A DNA stretch of 64,000 nucleotides, from positions 2,170,001 through 2,234,000 of the forward strand of contig NC_135813.1 of the NCBI RefSeq assembly GCF_964213995.1, read 5' to 3'. The notes under the pieces were generated by a model. It was not told the DNA's origin. It did no database searches and was given only the letters and a program-made list of their open reading frames with translations. Every line of letters starts with the position of its first letter. The stretch's first letter is position 1. Source of the stretch: Mustelus asterias. Its lineage: Eukaryota. The position numbers were made by a program, and so were the translations under genes. Shown here piece after piece: positions 12,308-26,340 of the stretch.

Positions 12308-12447
12308 GTCTGCCAAGCAAGATCTACAAAGAGGATCTCCAAGCTTGCATACCATAATGGAGTGGTCATTGTAACGTGTCCTGGGTGTAGCAATCATCAC
12401 ATCATAGCAGACAATTTGGGATGGTTTTCAGACCTTGATGGGAAAAA
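12308..12447 (+). CDS. DNLZ: DNLZ exon 2 (zf-DNL core)
   Basis: [46 protein letters not shown], tag/gtaag boundaries, CxxC and DNL motif. Confidence 0.97.
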
Positions 12448-12587
12448 GTAAGCTCAATTTAACGCTGTGTGTGTGTGATGTAGCCAATAGGCCAAGTGAC
12501 TAAAACAAAGTGATGACTAGGAGCTTGTACCATTCCCTGGGTCCTTGTGATTCTCAATGTGATATTCCAGAGAGAAAGCTCACATCT

Positions 12588-12910
12588 GGGCGGCATGGTA
12601 GCACAGTGGTTAGCACTACTGCCTCACAGTACCAGGGACCTGGGTTCAATTCCCGGCTTGGGTCACTGTCTGTGTGGAGTTTGCACATTCTCCCCGTGTC
12701 TGCATGGGTTGCTTCAGATGCTCCGGGTTCCTCCCACAGTCCAAAGATGTGCGGGTTAGGTGGATTGGCCGTGCTAAATTGCTCCTTAGTGTCAGGGGAA
12801 CTAGCTAGGGTAAATGCATGGAGTTGGGGGGATAGGGCCTGGATGGGATTGTGGTCGATGCAGACTCGATGGGCCAAATGGTCTCCTTCTACATTGTAGG
12901 ATTCTATGAT
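12588..12910 (+). mobile_element. HE1-like V-SINE
   Basis: tRNA-like head, V-domain GTGTGGAGTTTGCACATTCTCCCCGTGTCTG, CR1-type tail ending ATTCTATGAT. Confidence 0.88.
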
Positions 12911-13813
12911 CTGTACTAATCAGAAACTGGGAGTTGGATTGGTAACCAGAGGACTCTATTTATGACCATTTACTAAGGAACTGAGAGGACTCTCTGTGAC
13001 CTCCATTTTTTACACAGCAAGTTATGATCTCGAGCTGCTTGAAAGGCTGGTGGAAGTAGAGTCCAGAGAAACTTTCAAAAGGGAATTGGATAAATACGTG
13101 AAGGGGAAAAAAGTCGCAGAGCCATGGAAAAATGAACTCGGAAGAATGAGATTAACTGAATGCTATTTCAAAATGCTGGAACAGGCACAATGGGCTGAAT
13201 GGCCTCTTTCTGTGTTTTATCAATCAATGAACTCCTGTTTCCATAATGAATTCCCATTTATTATGTAAACTCCCTATGTAAACATGTCACACTGTGATTA
13301 CACCCTCCTGCCAGTGATGACGCTGCAGAGCCTCTTTGTGTCTCCCATCCCCAGTCTGTAATGCAAACACTCCCACTTTGCAAACCTCTGCTTCGTAAAT
13401 TCCTCTCCGTTTTACCACTTTATTGATATGTTATTTAAAGTATTACATTACAGTACAGAATATATCGCTTTAAAATGGAGTCTGAATTCTGTCCGCATAC
13501 CTTCGCCCAATTAACCCCCAATCTCTAACTGCTTCCCTGAGGCGACACTTGCTCTCCAGCTCCACAGAACCCCTACAGTGCAGAAAGAGGCCATTCAGCC
13601 CATCGAGTCCGCACTAACTCTCTGAAAGGGCATTCCACCCAGGCCCACCCCTCCACCCTATCCCTGTAACCCTGTGCATTTACCATGGCCAATCCACCTA
13701 ACCTACACATCTTTGGACACTCCATCTGTGCATCTAGTATTAATAAAATGTGTTAAAAGTTTACAAAGTGTTTTTCTAAACTTAAAAACTATTCTTCTCA
13801 TTGATGTCATCAG

Positions 13814-13982
13814 GAATATTGAAGAAATATTGGCTGCAAGAGGTGAGAAGGTTCAACGTGTGATTGGTGAGGACTCACTGGAAATTACCACAGAGGGAAT
13901 TGCCCATGACAAACCTGCAGAGTTATCTGTGGAGAACAATTCTACAGATAGCCTAGACTCCAAAGATCAACCTAAATCCTAA
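13814..13982 (+). CDS. DNLZ: DNLZ exon 3
   Basis: cag acceptor, NIEEILAARGEKVQRV... to TAA; phase matches exon 2; total 172 aa. Confidence 0.93.
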
Positions 13983-14617
13983 TCCTGTCTCCAGCATGGA
14001 AGGTCTATGTAATGAGAACAGTCATGGTGAAAGTGGAGGAGCCAGATCATTTTCCTTCAGCTTAGATGGCACGAGGGAGATTCTATCCAAGGGATAAAAA
14101 TCGTATAAATAATTAAAATTACTGTAACAGATTTCTATCACACGCAGCCCACAGGCACCTCAGTGAATCCTGGGAAAAAATACTCCATGCAAGCCAGAGA
14201 TATGTTTTAAAGACACTGTTCGCGAAGCCCTTTGAGGGCCGGATATGGAGGAGTAATCTATCAGTTAACCAGTTTTGGGAATTACTCAACAAGAGGCCAG
14301 TCCCATTGTAAAAGGAAAGAATTAAACCAGAATAGGACAGAGGGGAATTCACTTCATCCAAAAGTGCGACTGTTTCTAAAACAGGGAATTCCAAAGCTTG
14401 TCTCCTGATGCTACAGATTTAAACAGTGAGACATCAGCTGCACTAATGTCATGAAACAGTGACCCCAGTTAAGGCTGTGAGTCTCTAATGCTGACTGTTG
14501 TGCCGTACTCAACAGCTACAACAACTTGCACTTACAGAGCCCTTTTAATACAGTGAAGCATCCTGTGGTGCTTCCAAGGAACATTGTCAACCATAAGCCA
14601 CATAATGAGATATTAGA

Positions 14618-14752
14618 TAAAAGCAAAATACTGCGGATGCTGGAATCTGAAACAAAAACAGAAAATGCTGGAAAATCTCAGCAGGTCTGACAGCATCTGT
14701 GAAGAGAGAATAGAGCCAACATTTTGAGTCTGGATGACCATTCATCAGAGCT
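14618..14752 (-). mobile_element. Penelope-like terminal repeat with decayed hammerhead
   Basis: AGCT-CTGATGA-A-TGGTC-ATCCA-GACTC-AAAA-TG-TT-GGCT (CpG-decayed core) followed by the family tail. Confidence 0.7.
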
Positions 14753-16176
14753 GGCCTAATATCTCATTACACTCAAGAGAGGTGCAGAGATTCAGGGAAG
14801 GAATTCTAGAGCTTTGGGTCTTGGCAGCTAAAAGCACAGCCACCAAAGGTAGAATGATTAAAATCAGCAACACGCATAAGGGCTGAATTGGAGGAGCGCA
14901 GATATCTGGGAGGGGTGCAGAGCCGGAGCTGGTTACAGAGGGACAAAGGGGCGAGGACAGAGAGGGATTTGAGCACAATGAAGGCCACGTCTACTGCCTG
15001 TGATTGCTGTGTAGACTTTGAATAGAACAGCATGTGAGATACAAATAGAGTCATAGAGGTTTACAGCATGGAAACAGGCCCTTCGGCCCCACTTGTCTAT
15101 GCTGCCCTTTTTTTTAAATGACTAAGCTAGTCATTGCCCGCGTTTGGCCCATATCCCTCGATGGCCATCTTACACCTTGCTTTTGGATATGTCCAGACAC
15201 AACCACAAAGTTCTGAACTAGAAAAATAGAGTTGCTGCTGCACAAATGGTATCAATTCAGATAATCTCATTTGACTAATTCTCCCCTGTACTTCTCACAA
15301 AATCTTTCCACTGGAAGAGGTGCATAATATAAAATGGATGTAAGAGAGTCAGAAACAACGACCTTCAAATCCAAGCAAAAAAACTGTCAATAACGCGAAC
15401 ACTCAACTTCATCCAATTTTGCACCTTGACGTCATTTATTTAATTCAGTCTTATATAGTGGGATATCGCTGCAGGAGTTCCTCAGGGTAGTGTCCAAGGT
15501 TCCACCATCTTCAGCTGCTTCATCAATGACCTTTCCTCCAACATAAGGAAAGGAGAAATGTTTGCGAATGATTGCACAGGATTCAGTATGATTTGCAGGT
15601 CCTCAGATAGTGCCGGCATGCAGCAAGACCTGGCCAACATTGAGGCTTGGGCTGATATCTGGGAAGTAATATCTGTGCCAGACAGTGACCATCTCCCCTT
15701 CACAATAAATGTCATTACACTTATCTCTGATAAGCTGGGAGCTAAATGCTCTCCAGCCACGTAGGAATTAAGTTGTTAAATGAATATTTTCTTAATATGA
15801 TTCTAATCAATAAATATGGATCCTACATGAAAGCCCATAAGCTGTGTTCATTATCATATTCAGCTTTTCCAGCGAGCTATGCATATTGTACAAATATTGC
15901 CGCTATTTGTACTTTGAACCTTATTTCTCCTCATGTCTCCTCAGTTCTTTTGTCATCAGCTTGAATCTGTATGCTCTGATTTTGACCCTCCTATCATTGG
16001 AAACAGATTCTCTTTATTTCCTTTGTCTTGATTTTAAACACCTCTTTATTTTTTTCCTTAACCTTCTCTGCACCAACAACAATCCCAACTTCTCCAGTCT
16101 GTGCACATTAACTGAAGTCCCTCCTGTCTGGTCCAATTCTAATAAATCCACTCTGCGCCCTCGCCAAGGCCTTGAC

Positions 16177-16490
16177 ATCATAGAATCCCTACAGTGCAGA
16201 AGGAGGCAATTCAGCGTTTCGAGTCTGCACCAACCACAACCCCATCCAGGCTCTATTCCCAAAACTCCACATATTTACCCTGTTAACCCCCTGACACTAG
16301 GGTCAATATAGCATAGCCAATCAACCCAATCCACACATCTTTGGACAGTAGGAAGAAAACGGAGCACCCGGAAGAAACTCACACAGACACGGGGAGAACG
16401 TGCAGACTCCAAACAGACAATGACCCGAGGCCGAAATTGAACCAGGGTCCCAGGTGCTGTGAGGCAGCAGTGCTAGCCACCGTGCTGCCC
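16177..16490 (-). mobile_element. HE1-like V-SINE
   Basis: Reverse-complement of same head, V-domain and tail. Confidence 0.88.
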
Positions 16491-16604
16491 ACATCCTTCC
16501 TAATGTCTGCCCAGAATTGCACAATCCTCCAGCTGGGGCTAATCAGTTTATATTTATAAAGCCCAGGATCCCATCAGTTTCTTTTTAACTTGTCCTGCCA
16601 TCTT

Positions 16605-18710
16605 TGGAGGGTTGGATGGAGAGAAATTTGTTGAGTGTATTCAGGAGGAATTTCTCATTATATGGATGGTCCGACTAGAGAAGGGGCAAAACTTGACCTC
16701 TTGGGAAATAAGGAAAGGCAGGTGACAGAAGTGTTAGTGATGGATCACTTTGGGCCCAGTGACCATAATTCTATTAGTTTTAAGATAGCTATGGCGAATA
16801 ATAGGTCTGGCCCTAAAGTTAAAATTCTAAATTGGGGCAAGGTCAATCAGGCAGGAACTTAAAAGTTAATTGGGGGAGTGTGTGGGAAGGCAAAGGGACG
16901 TCTGGTAAGTGGGAGGCTTTCAAAAGTGTGTTAACCAGCGTTCAGGGTAAACACATTCCTCTTAGAGTGAAGGGCAAGGCTGGTAGAAGTAGGGATCCCT
17001 GGATGACTCGGGATATTGAGGCCCTGGTCAAGAAGAAGAAGGAGGCACATGACATGCATAGGCAGCTGGGATCAAGTGAATCCCTTGAAGAGTATAGGGG
17101 GTGTAGGAGGAGAGTTAAGAGAGAAATCAAGAGGGCAAAAGGGGCACGAGATTTTTTTGGCAGATAAGGCAAAGGAGAATCCAAAGAGCTACAAATACAT
17201 AAAGGCTAAAAGAATAACTAGGGAGAGAGTAGGACCTCTTAAGGATCAACAAGGTCATCTATGTGTGGATCCACAAGAGATGGGTGAGATCCTAAATGGA
17301 TATTTCTCATCAGTATTTACTGTTGAGAAAAGCATGGATGTTAGGGAACTTGGGGAAATAAATAGTGATGTCTTGAGGAGTGTTCATATTACAGGAAGTG
17401 CTGGAAGTCTTAAAGCGTATCAAGATAGATAAATCCCCAGGACCTGATGAAGCGTATCCCAGGACATTGTGGGAGGCTAGGGAGGAAATTGCAGGTCCCC
17501 TAGCAGAGATATTTGAATCATCGATAGTCACAGGTGAGGTGCCTGAAGATTGGAGGGTGGTCTTTGGTTAAAAAGGGCTGCAGGGAAAAGCCTGGGAACT
17601 ACAGGCCCGTGATCTCATGGGATAAAGGGGGAGGTGGCTAGATAGGTGGAGGACTGGCTTCGTCACAGAAGACAGAGGGTGGTGGTGGAAGGATCTTTTT
17701 CCGGCTGGAGGCCTGTGACTAGTGGTGTTCCGCAGGGCTCTGTATTGGGACCTCTGCTGTTTGTGATTTATATAAACGATCTGGAAGAAGGTGTAACTGG
17801 GGTGATCAGTAAGTTTGCGGACGACACAAAATTGGCAGGACTTGCAGATAGTGAGGAGCATTGTCAGAGGCTACAGAAGGATATAGATAGGCTGGAAATT
17901 TGGGCAAAGAAATGGCAGATGGAGTTCAATCCTGATAAATGCGAAGTGATGCATTTTGGTAGAACTAATGTAGGGAGGAGCTATACGATAAATGGCAGAA
18001 CCATAAAGGGTGTAGATACGCAGAGGGACCTGGGTGTGCAAGTCCACAAATCCTTGAAGGTGACGTCACAGGTGGAGAAGGTGGTGAAGAAGGCATATGG
18101 CATGCTTGCCTTTATAGGACAGGGCATAGAGTATAAAAGTTGGGGTCTGATGTTGCAGATGTATAGAACGTTGGTTCGGCCGCATTTGGAATACTGCGTC
18201 CAGTTCTGGTCGCCACACTACCAGAAGGACGTGGAGGCTTTGGAGAGAGTACAGAGGAGGTTTACCAGGATGTTGCCTGGTATGGAGGGGCTTAGTTATG
18301 AGGAGAGATTGGGTAAACTGGGGTTCTCCCTGTTAAGACGGAGGATGAGGGGAGACTTAATAGAGGTGTATAAAATTATGAAAGGCATAGATAGGGTGAA
18401 CGGTGGGAAGCTTTTCCCCAGGTCGGTGGTGACGTTCACGAGGGGTCATAGGTTCAAGGTGAAGGGGGGAGGTTTAACACAGATATCAGAAGGACATATT
18501 TTACACAGAGGGTGGTGGGGGCCTGGAATGCGCTGCCAGGCAAGGTGGTGGAGGCAGATACACTGGGAACGTTTAAGACTTATCTAGATAGCCATATGAA
18601 CGGAGTGGGAATGGAGGGATACAAAAGAATGGTCTAGTTTGGACCAGGGAGTGGCACGGGCTTGGAGGGCCGAAGGGCCTGTTCCTGTGCTGTATTGTTC
18701 TTTGTTCTTT
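16605..18710 (+). mobile_element. CR1 LINE ORF2 fragment with internal deletion near 17610
   Basis: SDHNSISF, KSPGPD, then jump from GNYRPV to HGIKG; PQGSVLGP, KFADDTK, TRGH; tail TTGTTCTTTGTTCTTTG. Confidence 0.92.
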
Positions 18711-19354
18711 GATAGGACATTAAATTGCTGGGTTTGATTTTTCCTGCTTTTTGCTCAAAATACATGGACAATTTTCCACCGCTGGGCAGAAGTCAGTATT
18801 GTCGCTTTACTGGAACACCTTGAAAGCTCCTTCCCACCAAAATGTACCACCACACACTTATACAGACAGTCGGCGCAGACTAAATGGCCTCCTTCTGTAC
18901 TGTAGGAATTCTATTATATTTCATATTTGACTATTTGTCAAAACGACTTCAGTGTCTCAAAATGTTTAGCACATTTTGTACATGTTTGTACAATTTTATC
19001 TTTTGAAAAGCATTTAGATAGTTACATGGGTAAGATGAGTATGGAGGGATATGGGCCAAATGCGGGCAATTGGATTAGTTTAGGGGTTTTAAAAAAGGGC
19101 GGCATAGACAAGTTATTCTGCCCACTAATTAATCTCCCCCAATTCATTCTGTAATCTCTGCCTCCAATGGCCCTCCTGGTTTGATCACTCTTAAATTCAA
19201 TATTATTCACATGTATTAAAATAATACATGGCAGTAATCCCTGCCATGTGCTTTTGTTCTAAAGATTTCCAACCTTTTGGAATTTTGAACATACCCAACA
19301 GGCTACTCTTCCCACCCTTGTTGATGATCTTCACCAAGCTGGTGTGACCTTAAC

Positions 19355-19605
19355 AAGATGGCGCGGCCTCAGTAAGATGGCTGTTGTCAGTCACGTGTGC
19401 CTGTCCAGTTCCTGTTATTGGTTGGTTCCGCACAGCTCAACCGAGCTTGAGAAAAAAATATTATTGAGGTGTGATTGTCATCTCAGCCAACCAATCAGAT
19501 GGCGCCCTGAGCGACCTCCTGGCCGGGGAACCAATCGGCTGCAGCTGGAGGCGGGGTTTGCGGCAGAGCGGGTTTGGTTGCAGCGAGTGGCGGCTCGAGC
19601 TCAGA
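19355..19605 (+). promoter_or_regulatory. probable MED22 promoter and non-coding first exon
   Basis: YY1-like AAGATGGC at 19355 and 19374, E-box GTCACGTG 19390-19397, CCAAT boxes 19417 (reverse), 19491, 19531, CpG-rich; donor GTGAGT at 19606 (alternative CAG/GTGAGA at 19760). Confidence 0.72.
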
Positions 19606-19808
19606 GTGAGTTTCTGCCCCGCGCGCGGAGAGGCTGGGCCCGGGGAGCGCGGTTACCGACACCGGGGAAGGGAGTGACGATCCCCGAGGCTGTGCTGACT
19701 CCAGATCCGGCCTGTAGGCCCGGGAGCGGACAGGACTTCAACATTATCCTGTGTCCCAGGTGAGAATGTCACCAAAAATACCCATCATGGGTAAAGGATA
19801 GGACAATA

Positions 19809-22586
19809 CAGCACTGACCCTCTGACAGTGCGGCACTCCCTCAGTACTGACCCTCTGACAGTGCGGCACTCCCTCAGTACTGACCCTCTGACAGTGCGGC
19901 ACTCCCTCAGTACTGACCCTCTGACAGTGCAGCACTCCCTCAGTACTGACCCTCTGACAGTGCGGCACTCCCTCAGCACTGACCCTCTGACAGTGCGGCA
20001 CTCCCTCAGCACTGACCCTCTGACAGTGCGGCACTCCCTCAGTACTGACCCTCTGACAGTGCGGCACTCCCTCAGTACTGACCCTCTGACAGTGCAGCAC
20101 TCCCTCAGCACTGACCCTCTGACAGTGCGGCACTCCCTCAGCAGTGACCCTCTGACAGTGCAGCACTCCCTCAGTACTGACCCTCTGACAGTGCGGCACT
20201 CCCTCAGTACTGACCCTCTGACAGTGCGGCACTCCCTCAGCACTGACCCTCTGACAGTGCGGCACTCCCTCAGTACTGACCCTCTGACAGTGCGGCACTC
20301 CCTCAGTACTGACCCTCTGACAGTGCGGCACTCCCTCAGCACTGACCCTCTGACAGTGCGGCACTCCCTCAGCACTGACCCTCTGACAGTGCAGCACTCC
20401 CTCAGTACTGACCCTCTGACAGTGCGGCACTCCCTCAGTACTGACCCTCTGACAGTGCGGCACTCCCTCAGTACTGACCCTCTGACAGTGCGGCACTCCC
20501 TCAGCACTGACCCTCTGACAGTGCGGCACTCCCTCAGCAGTGACCCTCTGACAGTGCAGCACTCCCTCAGTACTGACCCTCTGACAGTGCGGCACTCCCT
20601 CAGCACTGACCCTCTGACAGTGCGGCACTCCCTCAGTACTGACCCTCTGACAGTGCGGCACTCCCTCAGTACTGACCCTCTGACAGTGCGGCACTCCCTC
20701 AGCACTGACCCTCTGACAGTGCGGCACTCCCTCAGCACTGACCCTCTGACAGTGCGGCACTCCCTCAGCACTGACCCTCTGACAGTGCGGCACTCCCTCA
20801 GTACTGACCCTCTGACAGTGCGGCACTCCCTCAGCACTGACCCTCTGACAGTGCAGCACTCCCTCAGTACTGACCCTCTGACAGTGCGGCACTCCCTCAG
20901 TACTGACCCTCTGACAGTGCGGCACTCCCTCAGCACTGACCCTCTGACAGTGCTGCACTCCCTCAGCACTGACCCTCTGACAGTGCGGCACTCCCTCAGT
21001 ACTGACCCTCTGACAGTGCGGCACTCCCTCAGCACTGACCCTCTGACAGTGCGGCACTCCCTCAGCACTGACCCTCTGACAGTGCGGCACTCCCTCAGCA
21101 CTGACCCTCTGACAGTGCGGCACTCCCTCAGTACTGACCCTCTGACAGTGCGGCACTCCCTCAGTACTGACCCTCTGACAGTGCGGCACTCCCTCAGCAC
21201 TGACCCTCTGACAGTGCAGCACTCCCTCAGTACTGACCCTCTGACAGTGCGGCACTCCCTCAGCATTGACCCTCTGACAGTGCGGCACTCCCTCAGTACT
21301 GACCCTCTGACAGTGCAGCACCCCCTCAGCACTGACCCTCTGACAGTGCGGCACTCCCTCAGTACTGACCCTCTGACAGTGCAGCACTCCCTCAGCACTG
21401 ACCCTCTGACAGTGCGGCGCTCTCTCAGCACTGACCCTCTGACAGTGCTGCACCCCCTCAGCACTGACCCTCTGACAGTGCTGCACCCCCTCAGCACTGA
21501 CCCTCTGACAGTGCAGCACTCCCTCAGCACTGACCCTCTGACAGTGCGGCGCTCCCTCAGCACTGACCCTCTGACAGTGCGGCACTCCCTCAGCACTGAC
21601 CCTCTGACAGTGCGGCACTCCCTCAGCACTGACCCTCTGACAGTGCGGCACTCTCTCAGCACTGACCCTCTGACAGTGCGGCACTCTCTCAGCACTGACC
21701 CTCTGACAGTGCGGCGCTCTCTCAGCACTGACCCTCTGACAGTGCTGCACTCCCTCAGTACTGACCCTCTGACAGTGCGGCACTCCCTCAGCACTGACCC
21801 TCTGACAGTGCGGCACTCCCTCAGCACTGACCCTCTGACAGTGCTGCACTCCCTCAGTACTGACTCTCTGACAATGCGGCACTCCCTCAGTACTGACCCT
21901 CTGACAGTGCGGCACTCCCTCAGCACTGACCCTCTGACAGTGCGGCACTCCCTCAGCACTGACCCTCTGACAGTGCGGCGCTCCCTCAGCACTGACCCTC
22001 TGACAGTGCGGCGCTCCCTCAGCACTGACCCTCTGACAGTGCGGCGCTCCCTCAGCACTGACCCTCTGACAGTGCGGCGCTCCCTCAGCACTGACCCTCT
22101 GACAGTGCGGCGCTCCCTCAGTACTGACCCTCTGACAGTGCGGCACTCCCTCAGCACTGACCCTCTGACAGTGCGGCGCTCCCTCAGTACTGACCCTCTG
22201 ACAGTGCGGCACTCTCTCAGTACTGACCCTCTGACAGTGCGGCACTCTCTCAGTACTGACCCTCTGACAGTGCGGCGCTCCCTCAGTACTGACCCTCTGA
22301 CAGTGCGGCACTCCCTCAGCACTGACCCTCTGACAGTGCGGCACTCCCTCAGCACTGACCCTCTGACAGTGCGGCACTCCCTCAGTACTGACCCTCTGAC
22401 AGTGCGGCACTCCCTCAGAACTGACCCTCTGACAGTGCGGCACTCCCTCGGCACTGACCCTCTGACAGTGCGGCACTCCCTCGGTACTGACCCTCTGACA
22501 GTGCGGCACTCCCTCGGTACTGACCCTCTGACAGTGCGGCACTCCCTCGGTACTGACCCTCTGACAGTGCGGCACTCCCTCGGTAC
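19809..22586 (-). repeat. 33-bp minisatellite A, inverted orientation, ~84 copies
   Basis: Directly visible tandem array, reverse complement of 9845-11056 unit. Confidence 0.97.
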
Positions 22587-23332
22587 TACACTGCCAATAT
22601 GAACCAAATTTCATTATTCTCTGGAAAGCAACTTGAACCAACAGCCTCTGACCAAGTAGTTAACAGAAAACTGGGACCCCAATCTCTGGATGTTTCCATT
22701 TCGACACTTTCAGGTTGTCACAAACTTGGGGCCTTGTCTCTACATTTAGGGGTAGGCATGTACAGATTGGAGTTTAGGAGAATGAGAGATGAGCTTGAAA
22801 CGGGTAAGATTCTGAGGAGGGACTTGGCTGGGTGGATGCTGAGAGGATGTTTCTGCTCATGGGCGTACCTACAACTTAGGATTGCAGTTTGAAATGAAGA
22901 GGTTTCCTCTGGAAGACGGAGTTGCGTTGGATTTGCTTCTCTGAAGGTTGTTTGATTTGGTACTCGGTCTCAGAGCTGTGGAGGCTGGGATGTTGACTAT
23001 ATTTAAAGAGAATTTTGATTGTCAGGGAGTTGAGAGTTTTGGCGATGGTCGGAAGTGGAGTTGAGGCCACAATCGGGTGAGCCTTGACCTTATGGGATAG
23101 CAGAGCAGGCTCAGGGGACCAAATGGCCTATTCCTGCTTTAATATTCTGTGCGCTGTCTTGTCAGCATCTGAGTTCCAGGCTCGTACCCAAACCCCTGGC
23201 TATTGAATTTAGGCAGCTTACCTCTGTGGGACTGAACACAGGAAATTTTGGATGAGCGTGTAGATTACGGTTGAGAGATTTGTAATAATGCTGCTTTGTG
23301 TATTTTCCCTGGGGGAGGCACAGGCGGCCAGG

Positions 23333-23455
23333 ATGTCACAGCAACGGACATTGCCTCAGAGTAAAGAGCTGCTACTCCAGTCCTACAACAAGAGACTGAA
23401 AGACGACATCAAATCTATTCTGGATAACTTCACGGAGATCATCAAAAGTGCTCGG
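23333..23455 (+). CDS. MED22: Mediator subunit 22 (SURF5), first coding exon
   Basis: [41 protein letters not shown], donor gtacgt. Confidence 0.96.
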
Positions 23456-24036
23456 GTACGTGACTCCAAATGGGGACAGTCTGAGTGAATATACTCCGCT
23501 TGCTTCATGTTTATCCTGGAAAGATTATTTCTCATTGGTGCATCAAATCCCGAGCAGCAATAAGTCTTTGTGTTTCACTGGCAGCCGAGCAAAGATGGAA
23601 AGTTCCAGCACAGAAGTGGATTGTTTGGCCCATTAACTTTGCCGGTGTTTGTCCATCACCCAATTCACCCTGTCTAATTCCACTCTCCCGCTCACTGCAC
23701 TTACAATTGCTGACAGAGAGCTACATTACACTGTGTCATTTCCTTTTCAGCAAATTTGCAGATTTGGTTCAGCTCAGGTTTGTGACTGAAAATCCCTCAT
23801 TCTGGTTGTCAACTGCATGAAAACGTTTCCTAATCGTTCCTTTACTTTTTTGTGATAATCTGAAATATCTGCTTCTTGTTCCTGTCTCACTGATCACTGG
23901 GACCAACCTCTGACTATTGAGCACCTTATCACCTTTCCTAATGGAAACATATCACAAACTCCCCTCACAGGGTCACCTTTAATCTTGTCAACTCCTGTGA
24001 CAAGAGCTGTAAATGATCACATCTCCATAACTGCTG

Positions 24037-24358
24037 GGGCAGCACAGTGGCACAATGGTTAGCACTGCTGTCTCACAGCACCAGGGACCTGGGTTCAAGT
24101 CCGGTCTCAGGTCACTGACTGTGTGGAGTTTGCAGCTTCTCCCCGTGTCTGCGTGGGTTTCCTCCGGGTGCTCCGGTTTCCTCCCACAGTCCAAAGATGT
24201 GTGGGTTAGGTTTACTGGCCATGGTAAATTGACCCTAGTGTCAGGGGATTAGCAGGGTAAATATGTGAGGTTACAGGAATAGGCTCTGGATGGGATTGTG
24301 GTCGGTGCAGACTCGATGGGCTGAATGGCCTCCTTCTGCACTGTAGGTATTCCATGTT
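24037..24358 (+). mobile_element. HE1-like V-SINE
   Basis: tRNA-like head, V-domain, CR1-type tail. Confidence 0.88.
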
Positions 24359-25227
24359 CTATTCTCACTGTAACCCTTTCACTAGTAAGCTTGAACATTG
24401 CCCAGGAGGTGGTGGAGGTAGCAACATTCTGGCAAATGGAGTATAATGTGGGAAAATGTGCAATTGTCCGTTTTGGCAGGGAGAATGAGAGAGAATCTGT
24501 AGTGGGGAATTCTTGTTCAGTAGCTGGAATTCTGTAGGAAGCTAAAGCTGTTTGAATGTATAGCTTTTTGCGAAGGTAAATTAACTTTATTTCTTCAGCG
24601 TAACATCTTAGTTTAAGTTTTATTAGAATAAATTCAAATTAAAACGTACAGAAAGACAAAAGTAGCAATACAATGGACAAAAGACAATTAAAGACAATGA
24701 CCTTGGCTGAAGGGAGATCTCCGATATGCCAAGCAGCATGAAATGACCACCACAGAGCTTTCTCAGAGAACCTCAACTTTCCAGCCTAAAGTCCATGACA
24801 GTTCTACAAGTTTGTGATCTCTGGTACATCCCAGTCATTAACAAGATGTGATTTCATTTATTGTCAATATGTCAATTCAATAAGACAAGATTGAAATAAT
24901 CAATTATAATATGCCACATCAAAATTTCATTAGTTGGTTACAGTTAACGGAAGGCCACCTCTCGGCATGGGTGGTTTTCCCTGTTGCGAGGGAACATTAA
25001 ACTGACTGGTGCTTTAATCTGAGGTGAAGGGCAAGGTTGAGAAGTTGGGGCATTCATGAATAACCTCTGTTGGTATGGGGATTGAACCCACACTGTTGGC
25101 GTAGCTTTGCATCACCATCCAGCCAACTGAACAAAAGCAAATTACTGCAGATGCTGGAATCTGAAACCAAAAGAGAAAATGCTGGAAAATCTCAACAGGT
25201 CTGGCAGCATCTGTAAGGAGAGAAAAG

Positions 25228-25266
25228 AGCTGACGTTTCGAGTCCCGATGACCCTTTGTCAAAGCT
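25228..25266 (-). ncRNA. minimal type I hammerhead ribozyme motif, U3-A8 variant
   Basis: AGCT-TTGACAA-A-GGGTC-ATCGG-GACTC-GAAA-CG-TC-AGCT. Confidence 0.72.
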
Positions 25267-25597
25267 AAAAGGCAGAGAAAGTGGGAGATATTTATACTGC
25301 AGGGGGAGGGAATGAAAGATGAGTCAGAACCGCAGAAACCAGGGAAAAAGGCTGCTAATGGCAGCCCATAGAGAGAATAGAAGGTGTGAATGGCCAAACG
25401 GCAGAGATACTAAAATCAGAGGGTAAACTGTGACAGATGAAGATGTGGGAGGAGGGAATGGGGAGGAGAGAGGTCAAACTTGGAGAAAGAGGAAGCAAAA
25501 GTGGACAAAAGGTAAGGAAAATGGGGATAAAGTAGGAGGAAAGAGCGGGGGAAGAAAAATGAAGAAAGACAATAAAGAAATAAAAGGTAGAGAACAA

Positions 25598-26340
25598 TAT
25601 TACAACATGCTACTGTGCAAAGGGACCTGGGGGTCCTTGTGTAAGAGACGCAAAAACCCAGTCTGCAGGTGCAACAGGTGATCAAGAAGGCAAATGGGAT
25701 GTTGGCCTATATCGCAAGGGGGATAGAATATAAAAGCAGAGATGTCTTGCTGCATCTGTACAGGGCATTGATGAGGCCGCAGCTGGAATACTGTGTGCAG
25801 TATTTGTCCCCTTATTTGTGGAAGGATATATTGGCCTTGGAGGGAGTGCAGAGAAGGTTCACCAGGTTGATACCAGAGATGAGGGGTGTTGATTATGAGG
25901 AGAGACTGAGCAGATTGGGTTTGTACTCGTTGGAATTTAGAAGGCTGAGGGGGGATCTTATAGAGACCTATAAGATAATGAAGGGGCTGGATAGGGTAGA
26001 GGTGGAGAGATTCTTTCCACTTGGAAAGGAAGCTAGAACTAGAGGGCACAGCCTCAAAATAAAGGGGGGTCAGTTGAGGACAGAGTTGAGGAGGAACTTC
26101 TTCTCTCAGAGGGTGGTGAATCTCTGGAATTCTCTGCCCGCTGAAGTGGTGGAGGCTACCTCGTTGAATATGTTTAAATCACAGATAGATGGGTTCCTGA
26201 TCGGTAAGGGAATTAGGGGTTATAGGGATCAGGCGGGTAAGTGGAACTGATCCACTTCAGATCAGCCATGATCTTATTGAATGGCGGGGCAGGCTCGAGG
26301 GACTAGATGGCCTACTCCTGCTCCTATTTCTTATGTTCTT
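25598..26340 (+). mobile_element. 5'-truncated CR1 LINE inserted in the Penelope element
   Basis: RPQLEYCVQ...RFTRLIP...TRGHSLK...VVNLWNSLP, tail TTCTTATGTTCTT. Confidence 0.92.

Noticed and set aside
12588-12660. tRNA-like sequences at SINE heads
   Set aside because: A/B boxes without full cloverleaf and followed by SINE body; not tRNA genes
19744-22641. 900+ aa ORFs on both strands
   Set aside because: Artefact of a 33-bp stop-free tandem unit; open in several frames, intronic, no non-repeat domain
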